Translations under genes and position numbers: made by a program
DNA from: Candidatus Velthaea sp.
Lineage (GTDB): Bacteria > Vulcanimicrobiota > Vulcanimicrobiia > Vulcanimicrobiales > Vulcanimicrobiaceae
Assembly (NCBI GenBank): GCA_965214935.1
Contig: CBDCCS010000021.1
Coordinates: 256,001-320,000 of the forward strand
Length of the DNA stretch: 64,000 bases
Direction: 5' to 3'
The notes under the pieces: generated by a model
Databases searched by the model: none
Seen by the model: the letters and a program-made list of their open reading frames with translations, nothing else
Told to the model about the DNA's origin: nothing
Part shown: one piece after another, positions 57,723 through 64,000 of the stretch
Position numbering within the stretch: position 1 is the stretch's first letter
How the letters are laid out: each line of letters opens with the position of its first letter

Positions 57723-58493
57723 TTACCACAGACTGTAGCCGCCGTCGGCTACCACGACGGCGCCGGTCATGAAACTCGATGCATCGGAGGCCAAATACAC
57801 GACGGTCGGGCCGAGTTCGTCCGGCCGCCCGGGGCGTTGCATCGGCGTATCTTCGATCCAATACCGCTTGAATTTCGGATCGTCGACGGGCGACATCGCC
57901 GTTGCAATATAACCCGGTGCGATCGCATTGACGCGCACGTTGAACGGCGCCCATTCGGCGGCAAGCGAACGCGTAAGATGGTGCACGGCCGCTTTCGATG
58001 CGTTATACGCGGGCTGAAACTGCGGCCGGTTGACGATTGATGCGGACATCGAGCCGACGTTGATGATGACGCCCGAGCGGCGCTCGACCATTCGCCGCCC
58101 GACGATTTGCGAACAGTACCATAAGCCATGCACGTTTACGTCAAAAACGTGATGCCACTCGTCATCCGGAACGTCGACGGCATCGCGATGATGACAGACG
58201 CCGGCATTGTTGACCAGAATATCGATCGGGCCGAAGCGGTCGTTGACGGCGCCGGCAAGCGCCTCGATCGATGCGCGGTCCGTCACGTCGAGTTCCATAC
58301 CGACGGCATGACCGCCGGCGGCTTCGATCGCCGCCGCTTCGTCTTGGCAACCTTGCAGATCGCGCGCGGCGACGACGACCTGCGCTCCGACATCGGCGAG
58401 CGCGCGGGCCAAACTCGCTCCGATCCCGGTGCGACCGCCGGTAACTACGGCAACTTTCCCATCGAGCTTAAACGTATCGAGTAACGACATCAT
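57723..58493 (-). CDS. SDR-family oxidoreductase
   Basis: TGGRTGIG, NNAG, YNASK, VNAIAPG. Confidence 0.93.
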   Translation of the reverse strand: MMSLLDTFKLDGKVAVVTGGRTGIGASLARALADVGAQVVVAARDLQGCQDEAAAIEAAGGHAVGMELDVTDRASIEALAGAVNDRFGPIDILVNNAGVCHHRDAVDVPDDEWHHVFDVNVHGLWYCSQIVGRRMVERRSGVIINVGSMSASIVNRPQFQPAYNASKAAVHHLTRSLAAEWAPFNVRVNAIAPGYIATAMSPVDDPKFKRYWIEDTPMQRPGRPDELGPTVVYLASDASSFMTGAVVVADGGYSLW

Positions 58494-58551
58494 GTTTCTC
58501 CGAGCCGGCGCATTCGTGCGCTGTTAGCTATTCGGCATGCCGGCCCCCGGT

Positions 58552-59433
58552 TCACACGTCGTGGTGCAACGGCACGATAACGCGTAATGCGCGCGGTGCC
58601 ACGCGAAAGCACGCCGGCGTTCTGCCGATGACATCGCCGTCGACGGCAATTGCAACGCGCGGCGATGTTGTTATCCGAATTTTACGCGCCGAGAAATACC
58701 GTGCATTGCCGAGATCCGTTTGTTTTCCGGCGGCAAGCGCGACGTACGTTGCGCCAAGCGCCCACTTACCGGCAGCAGTCGTCGTGTATAGCGCCAGCCG
58801 CGCATCGGTGAGCGTGGCGTCCGGTGCAATCGGCGTGTCGCCGAAAAAGCGTCCGTTCGCGACGATGAGATGATGCGTCCGCAGCTTGAGCCGTTGGGAC
58901 TTCCAACGAACGCTGCACGTGAATGCGCGGTGCGCCAGAAGCGGCATAAAACCGGCAACGGCGTACGCAGCGTCGCCGATCGTCTCTTTGAGCGCTGCCG
59001 GCGTCGCGGCCGAGATGTCCGCGGGTAACCCGATCGTCGCGACGTTCGCGAAATACCGCTTGTTGACGCGTCCGAGGTCGACATACTCCAGGTGGCCGCC
59101 GGCGATGACCGCGACGGCCGCATCGAGATCGGCTCTAATGCCGAGCGAACGTGCAAAACTATTTCCGGTACCTAACGGCAGAACGCCCAGCGTCACGTCC
59201 GCATAGGCGAACGCACCGGCGACGCCGCTCAGCGTCCCGTCGCCGCCGCCGACGATAACGAGCTTGCGACCGGCGCGAATGGCGCCTCTCACGTATCGAC
59301 GAACCTCGCGCGAGCCGGCAGCGATGTAGGCTTCGTCGATTGCGATTCCCGCTGCGAGCAGCTTCGAGTACGCCTGCATGAACGAGCTGCTGCGGCTCGA
59401 CCGCGCATTGCCGACAAAAACCGCTCGCTGCAT
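58552..59433 (-). CDS. YegS/BmrU-family lipid kinase (second paralogue)
   Basis: GGGDGT, PLGTGNSFAR, ANGRFFG, VDGD; start uncertain (59433 or 59487). Confidence 0.9.
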   Translation of the reverse strand: MQRAVFVGNARSSRSSSFMQAYSKLLAAGIAIDEAYIAAGSREVRRYVRGAIRAGRKLVIVGGGDGTLSGVAGAFAYADVTLGVLPLGTGNSFARSLGIRADLDAAVAVIAGGHLEYVDLGRVNKRYFANVATIGLPADISAATPAALKETIGDAAYAVAGFMPLLAHRAFTCSVRWKSQRLKLRTHHLIVANGRFFGDTPIAPDATLTDARLALYTTTAAGKWALGATYVALAAGKQTDLGNARYFSARKIRITTSPRVAIAVDGDVIGRTPACFRVAPRALRVIVPLHHDV

Positions 59434-59616
59434 GTTACGCACGTTCGGCTTCAAGCGCCGAGCGATCATGCTGTCCGGCGCTTCCATCGTATCTTCGGTC
59501 GACGCCGGTCCGAAAAAACTGTTTAAATTAGGGGACCGCCGGGTCGGCCGGGTTAAATGCTTCGGCATGAAGCTGATGTGTTGCCAACCACTACGCTGCA
59601 TCCAAGCCGGTCGCCG

Positions 59617-61287
59617 ATGAGCGCGCATCGCTTAGCGGGGCAACGGCCCGAATCAGACATGCTCGTAGATGTTCCGCGCCTGATCACGGCATATTACGAA
59701 GGCAAACCGGACGTATCGATTCCGACGCAGCGGGTGGCATTCGGCACGTCCGGTCATCGCGGATCGTCGTTGAGCACCGCCTTCAACGAAAATCATATTC
59801 TAGCAACGACGCAGGCAATCTGCGAATACCGGCACGCTGTGGGGATCAGCGGACCGCTATTTTTAGCGAAAGATACGCACGCCTTATCCGAGCCGGCCTT
59901 CGCGTCCGCGCTCGAGGTGTTGGCTGCGAATGAAATCGACGTCATGATCGACGAGGCCGACGGGTACACCCCGACGCCGACGCTCTCGCGGGCGATCATC
60001 CATTATAACCGCGGGCGCACGTCCGGATTCGCCGACGGTATCGTAATCACGCCGTCGCACAACCCTCCGCCCGACGGCGGCTTTAAATATAATCCGCCCA
60101 ACGGCGGGCCTGCCGACACGACGATCACGCGTGGTATCGAAGAGCGTGCAAATGCGCTTCTGCGCGACGGACTCAAGGGCGTCCGGCGCGTTTCATACAG
60201 CGCGGCGCGCGGCGCTTCGACCACGCACCGCTTCGATTATATCAGCGCGTACGTCGCCGACTTAGCCACGGTACTCGATCTCGCTGCGATCCATAACGCC
60301 GGTCTCAGCCTCGGCGTCGATCCGCTCGGCGGTGCGGGCGTGTACTATTGGGAACGCATCGCCGAGCATTACGATCTCAAACTGACCGTCGTCAATCGTG
60401 AAGTCGATCCGACGTTTCGCTTTATGACGCTCGACCACGACGGTAAGATTCGCATGGATTGCTCGTCGCCGTATGCGATGGCATCGCTGATCGCGCTCAA
60501 GGATCGTTTCGATATCGCCTTCGGCTGCGATACGGATCACGACCGTCACGGCATCGTGACACCGACGGCCGGTTTGCTCAATCCGAATCATTATCTCGCC
60601 GTTGCAATCTCGTATCTGTTCAATAACCGGCCCGGCTGGCGGCCGGACGCGGCCGTCGGCAAAACGCTCGTTAGCAGTAGCATGATCGATCGGGTTGCCG
60701 CCGGCATCAAGCGGCGGCTGATCGAGGTTCCGGTCGGCTTCAAGTGGTTTGTCGACGGGCTCGTCGACGGCAGTCTGGGCTTTGGGGGTGAAGAAAGTGC
60801 CGGTGCTTCGTTCCTACAGCGCGACGGCGTTGTGTGGACGACCGATAAAGACGGCATCATTATGGGCTTACTGGCGGCCGAAATAACGGCAGTGAGCGGA
60901 CGCGATCCCGGCGAGCATTACCGCGAACTGACCGCGCGCTTCGGCGATCCGGTTTACGAGCGCATCGACGCACCGGCCAGCCCCGAACAAAAGGCAACGC
61001 TGGCCACCTTATCGGCCGAACAAGTAACCGCGCACGAACTCGCAGGCGAACCGATCACGGCGATTCTCACCAAGGCGCCGGGCAACGATCAGCCGATCGG
61101 CGGATTGAAAGTCACGAGCGCGAACGGCTGGTTTGCGGTTCGGCCGTCCGGCACCGAGAATGTCTACAAGCTGTATGCCGAGAGCTTCTTCGGCACCGAT
61201 CATCTGCATCAAATTCAAGCTGCCGCGCGACAAATTGTTACCGATGCCGCCGCAGGTCCGCGCGAAACGCTAGCCGCGCGAACGTAA
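59617..61287 (+). CDS. pgm: phosphoglucomutase
   Basis: [35 protein letters not shown]. Confidence 0.96.
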   Translation: MSAHRLAGQRPESDMLVDVPRLITAYYEGKPDVSIPTQRVAFGTSGHRGSSLSTAFNENHILATTQAICEYRHAVGISGPLFLAKDTHALSEPAFASALEVLAANEIDVMIDEADGYTPTPTLSRAIIHYNRGRTSGFADGIVITPSHNPPPDGGFKYNPPNGGPADTTITRGIEERANALLRDGLKGVRRVSYSAARGASTTHRFDYISAYVADLATVLDLAAIHNAGLSLGVDPLGGAGVYYWERIAEHYDLKLTVVNREVDPTFRFMTLDHDGKIRMDCSSPYAMASLIALKDRFDIAFGCDTDHDRHGIVTPTAGLLNPNHYLAVAISYLFNNRPGWRPDAAVGKTLVSSSMIDRVAAGIKRRLIEVPVGFKWFVDGLVDGSLGFGGEESAGASFLQRDGVVWTTDKDGIIMGLLAAEITAVSGRDPGEHYRELTARFGDPVYERIDAPASPEQKATLATLSAEQVTAHELAGEPITAILTKAPGNDQPIGGLKVTSANGWFAVRPSGTENVYKLYAESFFGTDHLHQIQAAARQIVTDAAAGPRETLAART

Positions 61288-61528
61288 GCACGCGGAAGAA
61301 GGGCGGTGACCCGTACATCACCCGGCTTTCGGTCTTATGACTGCGGACTCGCTTTATCTTCGTCGGCATCTGATATAACCACCAGCACATGGTACGCGCG
61401 TCGAACGGCATTGAAGGTCCCGCGATGCGGACGAATCTTATCTGCTTTGTTGCGTAGTCGTCCGTCATTCGACAAACGACACCCTAAGTACGGCGGCGCA
61501 ATGCGCGCGTTGATCGCTCGAACGATCT

Positions 61529-61969
61529 TTATATCGACGCGGCTTTCGGCATCGGTCGGGATTCGTCCCAATCAATGAGATCGGGAAAAGTTTTAATATC
61601 GCTCCGCTCGGGACAGATCTGCGCGTGAAGTTCAGCAAAAAGTTTTGCCGCGTACGAACCGGCTTCAGGCGGCGTCGTTAGCCATTGCTCGTTCCACGCC
61701 TCGATTTCGAGTGGCGACTTTCGATGGATAAACGTTGCGACGTAGTCGGAGATAGCTTGATCGCTCTCCGCATCTCGGATTACCGCGAGGAGCGCTTCTT
61801 CACTCATGCCGAGGAACTCGAAGACCGCCACATCCATCGGTGAATTAAAGTTGTAATCGGAGACGTTGCCGTGCACGAGCGCCTTGCCCTTATCGATCGC
61901 ACGTTGAAGCTGGACGATTCCGTGGATCTTCGCTCGAACTTGCGCGGGGTATCGCTGCGTTAAATCCAT
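61529..61969 (-). CDS. DUF5069-like protein
   Basis: MDLT..YP...QLQRAIDKGKA...DYNFNSPMD...FLG...TFPDLIDWDE; AAGGA RBS. Confidence 0.8.
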   Translation of the reverse strand: MDLTQRYPAQVRAKIHGIVQLQRAIDKGKALVHGNVSDYNFNSPMDVAVFEFLGMSEEALLAVIRDAESDQAISDYVATFIHRKSPLEIEAWNEQWLTTPPEAGSYAAKLFAELHAQICPERSDIKTFPDLIDWDESRPMPKAASI

Positions 61970-62475
61970 TTTCGGTCCTTATCTATGCCCTGAGTGAGTG
62001 ACGCTGCCCCGAAGCCGGCGCTCCGTGCCATCGAATGTGCGTTACAGCGAATGAGCCGCCAAGACACGCTTTGACGAGGCAGCCAAAACGCGCAAAAACG
62101 GCGTGCAATTTTAAAATCGAACAAAGCAGCTTTCACTAAATGAAAGCAAATTTCATATTGGATTTCTCATTTAGCCGCGTTGCCCCTTGCGTTGTCGGCG
62201 AACTCCCTAAGTTGCCGAGCGGGTCAAAGCAGTTCATTCATGCCGTTGTTGTACTAGCTTCGTCGATCGTTTGGCCCGGCGTCGCAGCGCGAATTGACGA
62301 TTTTGAGCGTTCGACGCCCTGCGGGGAAAAAAGCAACGTCGCGATTCTTCATCTCAGGTCAGAATTTTGAACTTGTCACCGTAATTGCGACACAAAGTAC
62401 CGGCAGATGGTAAGCCGGCTGCGACGGTTCGTCGCTGGTATACGTCCGGATCGGCGGGTGCAAGCAATTGGTTCA

Positions 62476-62512
62476 ACAACAAGCCGGACCTTAATAGGAT
62501 CCGGCTTGTTGT
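62476..62512 (-). terminator. probable intrinsic terminator
   Basis: Perfect 13-bp inverted repeat ACAACAAGCCGGA/TCCGGCTTGTTGT, 17 nt past the stop of 62530..63150. Confidence 0.7.
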
Positions 62513-62529
62513 ATCGGCGCGTAGGTAGC

Positions 62530-63150
62530 CTAGCGGAAGTGACGATCGAAATGCTCGCCGCCGCGGCTGTAGTACGAACGGCGTGCAGCGCCATAGTAGC
62601 CGCCGTGCTCGCGGGGCGCGACGAAATCTCGCCCGCGAAAAGCCCCGCCGCGATATACGGTTGAGAAGCGCACGTTTTCATAGACGCGCGCCCCGCCGAC
62701 AAAGTGATAGCCGCCGCCGAAGTACCCGCCGTGCCACCACCCGGGATTGCCGAAGAAGAAGTCGAGGCTCACCGCCGGGCCGTAATAACGCCACGGATGT
62801 CCGGCGTAATACGGAACGGCGCCGTAAAATCGGTACGGAGTGTCGATTTGATTCGCCGCAAAGAAACCACCGGCATTGTAACCCAGAACGCTGACGATCA
62901 TCCCGCCCTCGAGACGCAATCCCGTCGGGTTGATGATCGTACCTTGATGCAGACGAACGGTATCGACGTACCCGCGCTCGTCGCGCACCGTTAAGTTGTA
63001 GCCGCCGTCATAACCGACGATACGGCCATGAATATTCTGATCCGTCGAGATCGGCGCCGGGCGCGCGTAGGACGGCAAATCCTGCGCCTGCGCAACCGCC
63101 GGCAATCCGAGGCTGAGCGTCGCAACGAGTGCGAAAAGATATTTAAACAT
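62530..63150 (-). CDS. hypothetical exported protein with Gly/Tyr/Arg-rich tail
   Basis: Signal peptide ending AVAQA; AAGGAG RBS; low-complexity C-terminus. Confidence 0.82.
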   Translation of the reverse strand: MFKYLFALVATLSLGLPAVAQAQDLPSYARPAPISTDQNIHGRIVGYDGGYNLTVRDERGYVDTVRLHQGTIINPTGLRLEGGMIVSVLGYNAGGFFAANQIDTPYRFYGAVPYYAGHPWRYYGPAVSLDFFFGNPGWWHGGYFGGGYHFVGGARVYENVRFSTVYRGGAFRGRDFVAPREHGGYYGAARRSYYSRGGEHFDRHFR

Positions 63151-63286
63151 AGCTCCTTCATAACGTCGCGGCGCGCCGGCTCGTGATGAAAATTCGCTTA
63201 AAGCCCTGCCGGCTACCGGACGCCCATAGCGGCGTGTATCAGGCTCTTCTCAGGCGAACGGCCAAAGCGTCGTGTACGATAACGTC

Positions 63287-63865
63287 ATGAAACGCTCGTT
63301 GCTCTTAAGCCTCGTGATTTTGGCAGCGTCTCCGCTGCCGGCAATCGCCCAGCAAACCCCGCTTGACGGCGCACCCGGTTTCGCAACGCCGAGCCCGCAA
63401 ATGTTCGCCGCGATGCAACAGTCGCGTGCGCAACTGCAGCAACTTCGAGTACAAGCGCGTTCACGAATGCTCGCTTCGCTCACTCCGGCGCATCGCGCGC
63501 TCGTTGCGAACATCGTCGGACAACTGACGTTGTCGGTCGATCCGAATCCGCGCGCCGCAGCTGCTCAGCTCGACACGGTGTTCGCGCCGGCCGAGAAGCA
63601 AGCGATCGTGAACATCGATGCGGCCGTTCGCACGAATGCGCGCGCTATTTTCGAGCGGCAGCACGCCGCGATGGAAGCAACTCTAACGCCGGACCAGCGC
63701 GCTCACATGGCACAGCGCCATGCGAAGATGGAGGCGTTGGGCGCTCAAGCGTTGCAGCATCGGCCGGCGCCCGACCCCGGCGCGATCGTGTTGCGCACCC
63801 TCGGTAATTTCAACGGCGACGAAATGCATTTTCATCGCGGCGGTCCGCCGATGGCCGGCGGTTAA
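63287..63865 (+). CDS. exported helical protein (Spy/CpxP-like LTxxQ repeats)
   Basis: Signal peptide; LTPAHR, FAPAEK, LTPDQR motifs; TACGAT 6 nt upstream of the ATG. Confidence 0.75.
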   Translation: MKRSLLLSLVILAASPLPAIAQQTPLDGAPGFATPSPQMFAAMQQSRAQLQQLRVQARSRMLASLTPAHRALVANIVGQLTLSVDPNPRAAAAQLDTVFAPAEKQAIVNIDAAVRTNARAIFERQHAAMEATLTPDQRAHMAQRHAKMEALGAQALQHRPAPDPGAIVLRTLGNFNGDEMHFHRGGPPMAGG

Positions 63866-63897
63866 TTCGCCCGCGTTCTAATCGGGAGCCTACGCGC

Positions 63898-63981
63898 GCA
63901 CGGCACGGCACTCGGTTGCATACGATTCGCGGTTAAGCCGCCACGCTCAACGGCTAAGCTGACGCTATCCCCGTGCCGTGC
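63898..63981. other. nested stem-loop of unknown family
   Basis: GCACGGCACGG (63898-63908) pairs perfectly with CCGTGCCGTGC (63971-63981); inner stem 63930-63940/63951-63961. Confidence 0.45.
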
Positions 63982-64000
63982 CCGGTGCGCCCGGGTATGA

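Noticed and set aside
61288..61528. Short ORFs between pgm and the DUF5069-like gene
   Set aside because: Mutually overlapping, motif-less and partly overlapping real genes.
1..64000. CRISPR array, rRNA, tRNA, IS or integrase
   Set aside because: No regularly spaced repeats, cloverleaf or rRNA signatures, or transposase/integrase motifs seen by eye.

Overview
GC-rich bacterial chromosomal window, densely coding. I found no rRNA, tRNA, CRISPR array, integrase or transposase. The gene content and Gram-positive-type LexA boxes suggest a Terrabacteria lineage such as Eremiobacterota/Vulcanimicrobiota, which is an inference only. In order, the window holds: a three-gene transhydrogenase (pntA1-A2-B); UbiD/UbiA menaquinone-type genes; a YtrA/GntR-ABC operon led by an unannotated 42-aa peptide; stress-type genes; an M16 peptidase pair; imuA- and imuB-like genes, each with its own LexA-boxed promoter; and a ~30 kb nucleobase-catabolism region. 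That region contains a NitT/TauT ABC importer, preT-preA-hydA-ureidopropionase, xanthine dehydrogenase, 8-oxoguanine deaminase, uraD-puuD-uraH and puuE-adenine deaminase-allantoate amidohydrolase. It is interrupted by a methyltransferase, tandem M13 peptidases and an AT-richer PD-(D/E)XK + PIN gene pair. The window ends with pgm and exported hypothetical proteins. Most notable: (1) the two-nuclease island; (2) two divergent purine genes whose apparent ATC start codons overlap on one GATC; (3) the leader micropeptide; (4) a Cys-substituted ClpS plus an alkyltransferase-like gene inside the pyrimidine operon; (5) a stand-alone allophanate-hydrolase-C-like protein after the allantoate amidohydrolase. 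Three genes carry probable 1-bp homopolymer deletions, likely assembly errors, so single-base observations need read-level confirmation. All family assignments come from motif recognition, not database searches.
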